Below, in pieces: positions 38,314-51,687 of a DNA stretch of 64,000 nucleotides. Within the stretch, counting starts at the first letter, position 1, and the number at the start of each line of letters is the position of its first letter. The position numbers and the translations under genes were made by a program. The notes under the pieces were generated by a model. That model did not search any database. It was not told the origin of the DNA and was given only the letters and a program-made list of their open reading frames with translations. The stretch comes from Podarcis bocagei (taxonomy: Eukaryota), in the NCBI GenBank assembly GCA_964188305.1, contig OZ076897.1; one strand, 5' to 3'.

Positions 38314-39452
38314 CTATCAGATGAAAGAAGGGGGCGCTTTTAGATATTTACCAGGAGGATTAAATGGACTAATGAAGTAATAAAAATTTTTCCCTGCAGC
38401 CACAACAAAATTGCACAGCCACCCATCACCCCGATTATAGGGCACACACATTACTTTTACCAGATCTTTTTAATTTGCAAATAGAAATGCATCCTTGCAT
38501 TTATCAAGAAAGAAATGTTTTATTGTTCCAAGAGTGGCTTACAGCTATTGAATTTCTTAAAGCAGATTTCCACCAACATCTCAAATCAGATTGCAACTAA
38601 ATTTGTTTTTTGGAATATAAGCACTTGCGTGTCGGTTTGTTGCTCTTTCAAGATTCATCTGTGAAACTATTGTTATTTTTCCTGTCTCTCACAATAACCT
38701 TAATGTGGCATACTATAGATAGCAGAGGTTGTACAGCTATTATCTGATCAGATTTCATTAAACATATCAATAACAGGTGTGCTTTAAGTAATATGGAAAC
38801 AACAGATTTCCAGAACAGGTTGGAAAATGTGTATAAGTAAAATGCATCAAGGTGTATAGTTGAAATGGATCTTATAATTGATTCCACGGCAACTTCCTGG
38901 ATCAACATCAGTACCACCACCTCTATTTCTTTAGATTTAGATATCACTACAAGGTTTCCCTTCCAGTTGAAGAAAATCTCAATAAATTCAATCAGAACTG
39001 CCTTAGCAGAAAGTCAAGCATTTGCTTTTCTTCATTTTCCCAGGCAAAAGGGTTGTGGGATGACCAAATGCATACCTTTAAGATGCAAACCTCTGCAAGC
39101 AGTTTTAAATAACACACAAAATGTGTTTTACACACATAGCATAACCATAGTATGCTTCCATTTTAGTTCCCAGATGTTGAAAGCAGCCCTATACATGGTC
39201 TGCAGGACATCTCCAGCAGAAAGGAGCTCTACAACTGTATAGAGAAACAATTTCTCTGGTTCCTCGGCAGAAGCTAGAAGAAAGGTCAAACATCTAATCC
39301 GCAATAGATGGTAGAGGACAAACCTGAGCCTCAAGCTGTGGACATGATTTGATAGAACTAACACAGCTCCCTTGCCTGCCTGCAATTTCTTGTTGCTTAT
39401 GGCTGCCTGACAAGTGTTTATATGGCCTGAAGGAAAGTGAGGCCACCGCCTT

Positions 39453-39560
39453 GCTGAGGGTCTGGGTCTGGCCAGTGTCTGGATGGGGGAACTACACATA
39501 AAGCTTGATGGATTCCATTACAGACAAAAGGCAGGATATAAATGTAAGAAAATTAATTAA
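39453..39560 (+). mobile_element. Possible 5S rRNA-derived SINE remnant
   Basis: AGGGTCTGGGTCTGGCCAGTGTCTGGATGGGGGAAC resembles the 5S internal control region. It is followed by a 'caggatataaatgtaa' tail that also occurs near 27524-27540. Confidence 0.5.
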
Positions 39561-40699
39561 ATGCAAGGCTTTGCTAGTGCTATTTGAGCAAGTTAAATGC
39601 CTCAGTTTTACCACCATGGAGGAAAATACTTTTCCCTTCATTCGAGGAAAAAAATAATTCAACTTACTTCAAGCATGCCTTTTTCTTTAATCACAATAAA
39701 GTTTCCATTACATAGCAGACTGCAATGGAGCTCACGGCTTAATTTTTAATTTCATTTTGAATTTGTTACTTAAGGCAACAGATTCAGAAATATATTTGGG
39801 GCTGTTAAATAAAGCAAAGCCTGAGCAATACTAATGCTCAGTTTCTAAACTCTTGTTGCTCATTCCAACACACACACACAAATGCTTAGAGGTTTTCTCT
39901 TGAGTAAGCAGTATATTAATTTTGTTAAATGCATATAAATAAAAATGGAGTTTGGCTATGGAACTCACAACTCTGTACTTCTCATACCTGAAAGCTTTTC
40001 CCTTTCGTTTTTTTGGAGGAGGAAGGGGGCTTGACACCACAATTAATTGCTTCGTGAAAGCTTGCTTTATGCAACCCAACTGAAGGAATCTGGTATTTAC
40101 AACTGTGCTGTACAAGCAAACTGACAACCTTGTTATGCAGTTCTATTACTTTTGTCTTTTGTAGCCTTTTGTAGGCTTGACAAAGGAGCACAAAATGCTC
40201 CAAATGACACACTCGACTCTGATCTGATCCTGTCCCACAGAATCAGAAAAGTAGGTTTTTCAATTTTAAGAGCAAGAAGGGTGTGCAGTTGAGTGCATAG
40301 CTCCGTTGCACTTGCTACATAGCATACCTCCTCATCAAGCACTTCTCTCCCAATCAAGCTCACTTCCAACATCAGAGCACAGCTTAGAAAAGTGCCTGGG
40401 GAGACAGACTGCGGGGAGCCAGGCCACAAACAGAGAAGGGGACGACACCCCCTGAAAACTAAAACTGGAAATGTGTGTAATTGCAGTAGCTTCACAGCCC
40501 TCAGATCCATACAGTTGGATTTATGTCCTTCCCAATCCCAAAAAACGCAGGCATACTACAATACAGCCCTATTTATTTCAAAATAAATGAATGCCCAATA
40601 AGGATGCCCAACTGGTAGGGGCACAGAACAGAAAACCTGCTCTGGACTGCCCATTGCTTCCCAACTCCTCCAAAATGATTCTGATTAGAGGTCTCCCTC

Positions 40700-40820
40700 C
40701 AGAGGTTGTGGACTCTCTTTTCTTGGAGGTTTTTTAACAGAGGTTGGATGGCCAGCTGAGAGTCCCACATTGCAGAGGGGTGGACTAGATGACCCTCCTG
40801 GTCCCTCTATGGTTCTATGA
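40700..40820 (+). mobile_element. CR1 LINE 3' end
   Basis: ttggaggttttt..agaggttggatggcca...GGACTAGATGACCCT..GGTCCC..TTCTATGA, a typical CR1 terminus. Confidence 0.75.
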
Positions 40821-41237
40821 GGAATGTTCAGGAGCAGTCCACATGTGCTAACACATCTCTGCTAGGGCAAGGAAGCAATTGCTTCAGGGATGTAATGAAA
40901 GCCAGCTCCCCCCCCCCCCCCAAAAAAGAACAATCCGGGGAGGAGGGAGAAAATGGGCTCTTACTCCCCTCCAGTCAAGAGTTTTTGTTTTGTCCTGTGT
41001 TTGTTTTTTTACACAAGATGGAGAGAGGGGAGAAATCATTTCCTCAAGAATCCTTTATCCTCTGCCTTCCACCCATAATTCCTTATTCCTACTGGTGCCA
41101 TTCTCAACTGATATATACAAGTTTGCCCATGGGTATTCATTCATTAGAAGCCTTTATATTCAGCTTCTCCTGCACTTGGGGTATCTCACACCTTTGAAAG
41201 CAGGTATCTATAAAACAGAGGAAACATCCATCAACAG

Positions 41238-41372
41238 CAGGCGTAGGCAAACTCAGCCCTCCAGATGTTCTAGGACTACAACTCCCATCACCCCTAGCTA
41301 ACAGGACCAGTGGTCAGGGATGATGGGAGTTGTAGTCCCAAAACACTGGGAGGGCCGAGTTGGCTATGCCTG
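41238..41372. mobile_element. hAT-family palindromic MITE (135 bp)
   Basis: TIR CAGGCGTAGGCAAACTC / GAGTTGGCTATGCCTG with a perfect 8-bp TSD ATCAACAG. Confidence 0.93.
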
Positions 41373-41658
41373 ATCAACAGCATATCAGACATCCCTGTCC
41401 CAAGGTTCTGCTCCATGCTTTGCTTCCTGGTGGAAGATGGAGCATGAAGAAGAGTACCGGATGAAGATCTTAACTGGATTGGATCACATATGAGAAGTGG
41501 TATAAGACAAAGCTCTGAATACCCTCAAAAGGAATTGTTGAATTACTGAGAAATCTTACACCTTCACATGAGCAACGAGAAGGGTTCCAGAGACCTTTGT
41601 GTGATCCACTGCATGAGGACTTTTCAGCTGCCATTCCCACTTCAGAGCCCATATGCTC

Positions 41659-41990
41659 TCATAAGAACCTAAGAGGAGCCTGTTCTCACAGTGACCAACC
41701 AGATGCCTGTGGGAAGCCTGAAAGCAGGACCTGAGTTCTCCCCACCTGTGATTTCCAGGAACCGGCATTCAGAGTCATGATGCCTCCAACAGTGGAGGTG
41801 AAACACAGCCGTCATAGCTCATATTGTACACGAATTAGTCTAATCCTCTTTTAAAGCTATCCAAGTAGATGGCCACCACTACTTCTTGGGGGAGTGAATT
41901 CCAGAGCTGTGTACTGTATGAAGCACTTTCTTTTGTCTATCCCGAGCCTTCCAATATATAGTTTCATTGGATGTCCACAAATTATAGCAT
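41659..41990 (-). mobile_element. CR1-clade LINE 3' fragment
   Basis: cataagaacctaaga terminal repeat, and a gtctaatcctcttttaaagc..ccaag..ggccaccactac..gaattcca block typical of minus-strand CR1. Confidence 0.7.
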
Positions 41991-43359
41991 TAAGACTTTT
42001 TTAGAAATCTGAGGATCAGGGAACACTCCATAGCAGTGTTGCAAGTAGCTACTACTAGGAGGGGGCAGGATCAGTAACACCCCCCTCATGCACTCTTTGG
42101 GCCATAGTTCCCAAAACACTATTTTATATGCAATACAGTATGATCCACCCTCCTGAAAACTCTTTCAAGCCAAGAGATTTCCCTTTTCATTTGCAAAAGC
42201 AACACTTAGTAGATGCCTCTGCTCCATTCATGAGGGAAAATGTTTAACATATTTTTGCCAGCAGACACCCAATCTTAACTGTAGAATTCTTTCACATACA
42301 CCTAATGCAGTGAATCAGCAATTATTTTTCTAGTGCCTCCAAATGTCAAGATTAATTTTGCTATCCTTGGTAATAAAATGGTTTGAAACGACATCTTTAA
42401 TCAGCAAGTAAGAATGCTTCCCTCCAATAGAGACAAGCTGTCACGAAAGGTCACCAAAAAGTGACAGGATGGAAATTACGTTTGTAATTTCCACTGAAAT
42501 ATTAATTTCTCTTTTAAGTGTTTTTTCAACTTATGTCTAGATTTTAAAGTAAAGAAATGTAGCTATACAACCAAGTTTCATTTCTATACCCGTAATTCCT
42601 ATTAAGAGCAATCAGTACTGAAAGGAAAGTAATATTTATTACGCCAGTTCTACTACATTTTTTAGTCCTATTAGGTTGATCCCTAATAGACATCAATTAT
42701 TGCAGATCTTTTAACGGCTCCAGCTGACAATGACTTTTCAAAGAAAAACTTGGGTGTAAGATACAAAATTAACTGAAAGACTTGTATAAAATACGTCATT
42801 TTGAACTCTTTGCAAGCTGCTAATCAGTTTGTTTCATTTTTCATTCAACTTTTCATTTTTATTAGCTATGACATTTTTATGCTATAGTTTACTGGACCAT
42901 GTGAATATACATCAATTAAATGACTATACATATATATTTCTATGTATACTAAATAATCCTTCTAAGCAGGCCCCACATAGGTAAGAAGCATTTACTAATC
43001 TCTCAACTACTTTTCAGATTAGAGGACAGAAAGTGAAAGTGCTTCTGCAGCTGAATTCTGCCTAGATAGCAGCACGATAACACATACACACACATATCTA
43101 TTTCCACAATCAGAAAAATGATATTTTTATCTACATTATCCACCTACCTATTTCTGAGATTAACTCAAGGTGCTGGTTTTAGACAGACACCAAAAAGACA
43201 GACTTCTACTAGGAACAAGACCTTTTAAGCTGTGGTACAAACCGCAGGGAGGCCAACCACGTTCAAACACTCCACAAGTTTCAGTTTTCAGTCTATATCC
43301 TGGTTCTTTCAGTTCAATTCAAACTCTGCCTTTTGATGGGCTGTATGCTTTTCCATCTT

Positions 43360-43947
43360 TTATTATTGGGAGGAAGTGCTTATGTCATCTTGGGTTTCAG
43401 GAAACAAAGGCAAGAGGAAGCTGAGTGTAGTCAGACATCCACTCTGGACTTTAAGAAGGCCGATTTCAAAAAGCTTAAGGAACTACTAGGTGAGATCCCA
43501 TGGTCAGAAATACTCAAAGAGAAGGGAGTCCAATGGAAGTTTCTTAAAGGTAAAATATGGAAGGCACAAATGCAGACAATTCCAACAAGAAAGAAAAGTG
43601 GGAGGCATCTGAAGAAACAGCTGCACCTGGCATACCAGTAGTACATGTGAAAAGCATTTAAGGGTCTGGTTGAACCATGAATGAATCAACAGTGTGATGC
43701 AGCAGCAAAAATCAGCTAATACTATTCTAGGCTGCTTCAATAGAAATATAGTGTCAGTTGTGGTTCTCCCTTGGTCAGACCACACCTGAGCTACTGAGTC
43801 CAGTTCTGGGTGCCACAATTTGAGAAAGATATTAAATCTGGGGTGTGTGCAGAGGAGGGCAACCAAGATGATCAATGGTTTGGAAACCAAGCCTGATGAG
43901 GAATGGTTGAGGAAGTTGGGCATGTTTAGCCTGGGAAAGAGGAGAAA
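43360..43947 (+). mobile_element. CR1 LINE ORF2 relic with a large internal deletion
   Basis: LDFKKADFKKLKELLGEIPW..ILKEKGV..WKFLK..I.KAQ.QTIP, followed abruptly by C-terminal CR1 sequence ([21 protein letters not shown]). Confidence 0.88.
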
Positions 43948-44527
43948 TCAAATTTATCAAACTGTTTGATAAATCAAGACCAGATAATCCCATATGGTTC
44001 ATAACCTAGAAACCTGAAGTTATTCAGCCCAATGCAACACTGGTCTCTAAATCTGTATTGTAACACCTATGAACCTGAAATTTCAAGCCCTGGCTACCAT
44101 ATCTGCAATGATTCCTGTTTCATGTACCAAACTCCTCTAATTGAGACCTGGTGAGTGCACATTTCCTTTCCTCAAAAGCACACTACTTTATCCCACCTTA
44201 AATGTTTTTATTTAAATGGGAGCAGAGTATTGTTTTTGTTTGTTATTATGGTATGTATTTTTGTGTTTTTATATTGTAAACCACACTATGGTCTTTGGGT
44301 GAAAGACGGTATAATAATAATAATAAATAAATACTAAATATAGTAAGTAAAAATACAGAAATACAGGGGGCAGTACTAATGCATACAACTGTTGACATGA
44401 ATATGTGAACTATAGAGCTTCCTGGAGGCCGCCATTTGCAGGTCTCCCTCCAATCAATCACTGTTTAAATGCCTATGTTACTTTCGTAAGAGACCTGAGA
44501 CAGTGATGCACCTTAAAAGGGTATATC

Positions 44528-44905
44528 TATTATTATGATTTATTAAATTTGTATACCGCCCTTCACCTGAAGATCGCAGGTTAGTTCACAACATGAAAAC
44601 ATAAATACATAATCAAACAAAAACAAACCAATAACCCCCCTCCGACAAACACATTTAAAAGGCCACGGAACAGTTAATCAGCCAAAGGCCCGATTGCAAA
44701 GAAACATTTTTTCCTGGCGCCTAAAAATATGTAATGATGGCGCCAGGTAAGCCTCTCCAGTGGCAGCGTTCCACAAATGGAAAGGAAAGGTCCGTGCTTG
44801 TGTTGCCAATCTCCAGACCTCTTGTAGAGGGGGCACACAAGGACGGCCTCAGATGATGATCACACGGTCTAGGTTGGTTCATTTGGGCAGAAGCAGTCCT
44901 TGAGA
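44528..44905 (-). mobile_element. L2-clade LINE 3' end
   Basis: tttattaaatttgtataccgccctt tail and aatcagccaaaggcc..ctggcgcctaaa..gttccacaa block. A related shorter copy lies at about 55085-55275. Confidence 0.7.
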
Positions 44906-45663
44906 TAAGCAACAGAAAACACACTCCTGAGGTTGTCGCATCATGGGATAAACCAGCATGTTCTGTTCTCAAACTACACAAGGCCTTTGTATTGATTCCG
45001 AAGCTGAGAACATTTCAAAAGCAGACTTGTTTGCATGTACGTTTGCAAGATGGCACACTGAGACTGTAAATAATTCAGTAGCAATCCTGCCGGTTCCACC
45101 TCACTATGATGACAGCATAAATGGGAGAGTTCTTTCAGGAACCATCTTTAATCAGCCAAACCTTCTAGAAAAGTGTGTGTTGGTGGAAAGACCTGCTCCC
45201 ATGCTGAGCAGACATTGCGTGTCTCCCTAGAGATAACACGTTTGTTCCCAAATTGGGAAAGAGAGACACATCTAGACGTAACCAAAAGTATATTCTTTTA
45301 CTTATGTAAGACTGACGTGAGACCCATCAGACAGATATTCACTGTTCCTGGACATTTAAAAAGTATTTTCCTTTTAACAACTTTGTTTCTTGGACACAGT
45401 AACAATCTCAGTCACCATTATGAGAGTCATCCAATCTATACCAAGGAAGGAACAGCATATTCCAAAAAGAATTACACCGCTTGCAGTATTGTTTCCTATT
45501 AGGAGTTTTTATTTTTATAATTTAGGCCTTCCTACCTTGTGCCAATTGCAGCAACCAGATAAAAACAATTATCAACCTAATATAATATGGTAACACTTAA
45601 TGTTAATAGTAAGCATGACTGCCATGCAGATTTAAAATAGATCATGTAAAAATGGCAGATAAT

Positions 45664-45818
45664 GGGAGCTTTCAGTGCAAAGGGTCAGTGCATCTGGCTG
45701 TTAACCAGAAGGTTGGTGGTTAGAGCCTACCCAGGAACTGCTGTGGGCAGGATTTCTTCATTGCAGGGGGTGGGACTGGATGACCCTTGGGGTCCCTTCC
45801 AACTCTATGATTCTTTGA
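45664..45818 (+). mobile_element. Short SINE with tRNA-Asn-derived head and CR1-derived tail
   Basis: GGCTGTTAACCAGAAGGTTGGTGGTTAGAGCCTACCCAGG resembles the 3' half of tRNA-Asn(GTT). The tail GGACTGGATGACCCTTGGGGTCCCTTCCAACTCTATGATTCT is a CR1 3' end. Confidence 0.8.
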
Positions 45819-46651
45819 ACATATCACTTTTATAATCTATGATAATAGAAGGGCATTTGAAATTGGAAATATCAGTTATTTGCTCCAGAAGCATCTGAAT
45901 TTTAAAAAAATAGCTTCTGAATTAATACAGTATTTTACAACCATTATGAAATCACAACCTCCTCCTAAAAGTAAAGTAGTTTAAAGTGGGGAGGGAATAG
46001 AGGAAATAAAAAGAAAGCTCCAGCTGCTCTGCTATCAAACTCTGGGGCAGAATTACACAGCCAATAAACAGAATAAATTAATCCTGGCAAAATTAGTAAT
46101 GGATTTATATGTGCTTTCACCTAATGTCCAAACTTGAATTTCAGAGTTACATACACAGAATTGAGCCTCAATGTGCAGCTATTGGCTACTGTTACATGAA
46201 CAAGACTGCATGAACCTCACTTTTAAACTGACTGTAGTTACCCATTGTGGCCAAACTTGGGGGGAACTGCAGTTCATTTAGCCATAAGTTTGGGCGTAAT
46301 AGGGAACCGTGACTACTCAAAAACTAGAAGCCTTATCTTCTGATATCCTCATGGCTCAAGGCTCATGCAGGCTCATTCATACAAGTCTAAATTGGCATTA
46401 GAATTAAACAGGCCCATTGTGCATTTTTTTAAAGGCAACATAAAATTGAAATGGTAGGGGAAATATTTTTTGTTACTTGCCACTAAAACTCTATTACAGA
46501 CCAACTTACCAAACACTTTGGTTTGTGTTTCTCTTTGGTCACTTTAGAGTAATGCTTACATATTCATACTAAACTGTACAAATAATGTGTTAGTTTGTTT
46601 AATTAAATGCACCTAAATTCTAGTGCCATGACCACTAACCAAAAATCTTAC

Positions 46652-46823
46652 CCAAAGTTTCTGGAATGTTTCTTCGCTCTCTTGTTACATCCGAAAGTCT
46701 AATGATTGTTCCTTCTTTCCGTTCAGTTTTGAAACGTAATCGACCAGATTCTTCGTCATCTTCCTCTTCTTCATCAGACTCTTCTTTGGTTTCTTCTTGA
46801 AGCTCTAGGTTTTCAATAACCGC
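46652..46823 (-). CDS. RBM33: RBM33 coding exon 6 (172 nt): AVIENLELQEETKEESDEEEEDDEESGRLRFKTERKEGTIIRLSDVTRERRNIPETL
   Basis: TAG acceptor, G|GTAAGA donor. ESGRLRFKTERKEGTIIRLSDVTRERRNIPETL is identical to the recalled RBM33 sequence. Confidence 0.96.
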
Positions 46824-49604
46824 CTATTAGCACAGGAGGATAAGTGTAAATTATTGGTCGGGTAGGTTTTCAATATCCTAGATTGAAGTTACTTTACATT
46901 GGCTATCTTTGCACATAGCACTAAATCATGATTTAGTCTTAAGTGTTTGACATTAACCCGAGCAAAGTCTGAGACTCACATGCTTCCTCCTCCCACATGT
47001 TCCTATTTCCCTTTCACATAAGCTTTACTTGTTCTGTCATATGAGCCCAGATATTGCTGCTTAAAAACCCAACTCTGGTCAATTTAAAAGAAAGCCAACT
47101 TATGAAGACAGTGTGTATAACTAACTAGTTTGCTTTAAGCTACCATCTCTGGTTTGTACAAAACATGCCGATATTTGCTTATTCCGATCCTGATCCTACT
47201 TCTTGATGTGCTGCAAGAAATCTCAGTACCCTATAAAAAAGAAGATTCAGCTAACACCATGAACTGAATCCTAGCTGCCTGGTGTTTCTAAGCCCTTTGT
47301 GAACACCCACCACTATTATTTGATTAGAATATTTCTAGACCAGAAAAAAACAAAAGGGGAAGATGTTTAGTATTAGGTGTAAGGGCTAGTGCCCACAAAT
47401 GAACAGCCACTTTCACACACTAATATAGTCTCATCAGGAAGCATGACAAAGGAGGAGGGGGAGCAAGTGGCTATGCTTACCACAAGGTACCTAAAGCCAT
47501 CAGTACAATGTAGCCACGAGGAAAGCAACTGTAGGTTATGAAAAATACAACTTCATGTGTACAGTTAGGAAATTCAAGCCAATATCCAATGCTTTATTGG
47601 ACAGTTTTTGCCACATGCTCAAAAACGATAAAGGAAAACTAATATTACAGGTGAAAAAACTTTTAGATCTTGGGACTCGAAAATTCAGAAAAGATGGGGC
47701 TCTGGAGCTGTTTAGCTCACTGAAAGAAATGGAGGGAGGGATATAAATGCTCTGTATACAAACTTGGGGTGGCTAACACAACAGAACAAGAAACATGAAG
47801 GAAGGGAGGAGGTGCTTATTAGATACGCAGTACATTCATTCACCATATGGAGTTGAAATGAATCAAAAATGATAAAAAATAGTGGCATATTCAAATGCTG
47901 TATTATTCTATTATTTGGACTCATCCAGATGCCTCAGCACTTTAAGTTCAGTCACTTTACTTTCTAAGCAGTTTTCAAGCCCTTGCAATTCTATTCTCTA
48001 CCATTGTAACACAAGTAGAGCATGTGCATTTTGTGATACAGGAAATGCTTTAAACACACTTAAGAAAATACAACTCACCATGGGCTTTAAATGCCAAGTG
48101 AGCCAGTGGGTTCTGAGGAAAACACTAACTTGGGTGATGAGCCTTTATTTGAGATCATGAAGAAAAAAGCTAACTGCCTGTCAAACCATCTAGCTAAAGC
48201 TCCAACTTCCTAGTTTAAAAGAAACTGAGAACTAGGATGAAGAACCTTAAATCCAAAAGGATAATATAATCCCCTGCCTCAAATACTGGCGGAGAAAGCT
48301 AAGAGTGGCAGCTAGTCTCTTGCAGAAGAGGGGGGAAATAAAATGCGTCAAACAAAAATGAACTTATTGCTCAGGTAATAATTGGTCTTCTCATGGACGG
48401 CTGCCCTAAGTCACTCTGAATTTCTTGTCTCCATCTGCTGGCAAGATGTCTGTTCATCCAAAGTTCTTGAAGTGTCAAGTGTCAGAATTCTTGTGGCATA
48501 TAGTATATGGCATTTTTATTAAAGGTTTGGCCTTGCTTAAGGCTTCATAACCCCTTGCCTCCATGGCCCCTCCAACTCTGAAGTGGATAAGATAGGTCAG
48601 GAAAAGAGAACTTTCTAATGACAACTCTTTAGAAGACTGGCTAACTAAAATCTTGCTTTGCCAATATTTCAACTGAAATAGGAACCACTAGTTTAAATTT
48701 AAACCTCTTTACAAGCAGATGGCCAGTGATGTCTGTTCAATGCAGATAATTCCCTCCAATGTTTTGAGAGCCTGAAGAAAATTAAATTACCATTGTACAT
48801 AAGTGGCTCTAGAGAGATGTCAGTTCCACCAAAAGAGGAAAAAAGTAAACACAAATCAAGAGTTGTTATCACCATGTACAACTTATCAGTTGTGCAGCCC
48901 TACTTGTAATTAGGCTTATTTAATTACAAAGTGATGCCAAACAGGTTTATTTTTGGCCAAGAGCATACTAGTTCATGTTTCAAAGTCGCTTCAGGTGTTA
49001 ATAAGAGAATAATGAAGAGAAAAAGCATAAACTACTAAAATCTGCAGGGGAGAGGTGTGTGTTTCATCCTTTCCCTCCTCTACCCTGGCCTACTGCCACA
49101 AACCCATACCACAGCTAACTGCCAACACTCCAAAAGATAATGTTAACATGCAAGCTAAGGAAACTCATATATGAGAAGAAAAAGTGGGGCTGGCCAATGA
49201 GTGGTCACGTGCAGAACTAGAAGTAGCTGTGAGATCTGCCAGAAGAGGAGAAACACGTAACAGTGGGAGTAGCGGATGAGGAGGAGCTGAGCATTCCAGG
49301 CTTACTGTGTACGTGTCCCAAGGCCCTCAATGATAATGGCAACTGCTGTCTGTAGCTTAGAAATGTTGGCCATCCTGACAAATAGAGCCGCTCATAGCTT
49401 AGACAAAAGAACATGTTTCAAAAGGCAAGGCTAACAAAGAATCATTGAACAGCTCCTCCTCCTATCTTTTCCAAAAAAGATTCACATGAGGACTGCCAAG
49501 AACAGACGCAAACCAGACAAAACCACTGACAATTCCTGAAATACTTTTCAATCCCTTGTGCTAAACAGTATTTTGCCTTTAGGATTTCACTTCTTCAAAA
49601 GTAC

Positions 49605-49724
49605 CTCTTCTGACTCATTTGGAGGTGTCTGGGTGTCAGCAACCTCCTCCAATTCTTCTTCAGCTACATATTCTTGCTGTTCAATTGCTTGCTGCTCACT
49701 GTAGGACTGTATATAATCTTCATC
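49605..49724 (-). CDS. RBM33: RBM33 additional phase-0/0 exon '5b' (120 nt): DEDYIQSYSEQQAIEQQEYVAEEELEEVADTQTPPNESEE
   Basis: atttCAG acceptor, GAG|GTACTT donor. Exactly 40 stop-free codons with the same acidic composition as the neighbouring exons. Confidence 0.85.
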
Positions 49725-50634
49725 CTGAAATAATTGCATGATGAAAACGTTTTAATCTTAAAATGCTTCTGCTTGTGGGAGGAAGCTTTGGGAGGACACA
49801 ATTTCCATCTGAAGCTGTCTGGGTCTCTTGGTCACAACTGACTGTTCTGTCAGAGCCAGTCTTAACTAAGGTTCCTTCTTAACCAGAATTTAAAGCTGGT
49901 TACAAGGAAAACCAAATAATGTTAACCATGATTTTAATGTAACACTTAGATGTGATTAAGGCTGAATAAGGAAGGGAAGAGGGAATTTGAGCATGTTAGT
50001 TAAAGGGAAGGGTGAGGGAAGAGATTGGGAACCTTTATGTTTGGTAATGGCCCCAAGTAGCATGCTCTAAGTTCAATCCATGTCGTAGGTACTAACGTCT
50101 CTTGCACAAACAACTAGTTTAGGAGAGTATAAACTATGAGTGGGAAACCTATGACTCTCCAGATTGGACTACAAACTCCATCATCCCATTCTGGCTCGGC
50201 TGAAGGGCCACAGGTGCCACCAGCCCTGATTGTTTCAACACAAAAGGATGGTTTCAACACAGTAAGTTAGGGTTACTATAACCACTGTAGCTATGAAACA
50301 TTATGAACTAAATTAAGAGTAAATAGCACCAATTCCTTAAGATGTTTTTCTTTTCCAATTTTAGAGAAGGCTCTACTCCATTCATAAGCAGTGCAGCACG
50401 ACTATAATCCAACAGTTTTGCCAAGAAGTATACTTCTTTCCCTTTAATATCATAACATATGCCCACAGAGTTATTTCTAGTAACTCCCAGCTACTAGATG
50501 CTTTACCACCTTGCACAACACTTTTTGACATGCTTTACAAGAAATAAATGAAGCAAGTTTAAAATATCAATGAATCTGTTGCTTTTTATAATTTTTTTGT
50601 ACACAATATTTTGGACAAACAGATAGTTATATTA

Positions 50635-50804
50635 CCGTATTTTTCGCTCTATAACACGCACCCGACCATAACACGCACATAGTTTTTAGAGGAGGAAAAT
50701 CTGTAGGCATGCCACCCGTAGGCATTCCCTCCATAACACGCACAGACATTTCCCCTTACTTTTTAGGAGGAAAAAAGTGACGTGTTATGGTGCAAAAAAT
50801 ACGG
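50635..50804. mobile_element. TcMar (Tc2-like) MITE
   Basis: TA-CCGTATTTTT...AAAAATACGG-TA, with repeated internal ATAACACGCAC motifs. Confidence 0.88.
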
Positions 50805-51374
50805 TATTTTCAACTCAAGTTGGGCAACCGCTTCAGCAACTTAAACTGAAACAATTATGCATATGACATTTGGTGAAGTAACCTCCAACCTCTTTATTCA
50901 GCTTTAGACAGTTCTCCGTTACAAAAAAAAAGAGGAGGGGTGGAAAGGAGCAAGCAGGACATCAATCACTTTGGAATATTAGCACCTTAAAGATGTCTTT
51001 AGCAGGTCAATAATCTTTTCACCTTCGAAGGACTTTATCAGATCGTGTCTAAAGCCTGGATAAAAGCTTTTGCATTAAGTACTTCTAACAATTGGCACTG
51101 TCTCCCCACCACACAAAGCTGTTTTTTCCTTAAGGATACAATCCTCAAGGTCATGATTCTCAACTGCCTTCCAGAATGACAAGGAGCATTACCTACAGCC
51201 AAACAAGCTGTCAACACAAACTTTGTCACAGCCTAGATAAAGAAACTGGCAGACAGTGATAATAGGTCTAATTTCCCCCACATCCCTAGGGAGGTAAACA
51301 GATTTCAAATCAGTCTAAAAACCTAGGCATGTGGAGCAATGTTATCTCAGATAATACAATAGAAAGAAACTCAC

Positions 51375-51687
51375 TGTAAAATCATCTAGAGGTTCATTGA
51401 TTTCGAGATCTAGCACTCCATCATTATAAATCTCTTCTTCTCCCTGATCTTCCCCATATTCTATTTGGTCTTCTGTCAGCTCAGCCTCTTGGCCTTCATA
51501 CTGCCCTTCTTCTGTGTATTCCCCAGAATACTCTTCAGGCACTTCTGATTTGTCATAGCCCAGTTCATCCTCCCCTTGTTCATACTCTGAATCTTGCTCA
51601 ACAGACTGATCATTGGCATGCTCCGAGAGTTCAAAGGATGTAGCTACTTCAGATGTAGCATTAAGACTAACTGTGACACCTTGAGTA
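51375..51687 (-). CDS. RBM33: RBM33 coding exon 5 (313 nt), acidic region: TQGVTVSLNATS...EINEPLDDFT
   Basis: TAG acceptor, ACA|GTGAGT donor. Overlaps ORF 51342..51542 (EEGQYEGQEAELTEDQIEY). In frame. Confidence 0.95.

Noticed and set aside
45664-45736. Functional tRNA-Asn gene
   Set aside because: The D-arm and B box are mutated (GGTTAGAG), and it is fused to a CR1 tail, so it is a SINE.
48360-48690. Possible DIRS-like terminal fragment
   Set aside because: Only a vague resemblance, with no ORF or repeat structure I can support.
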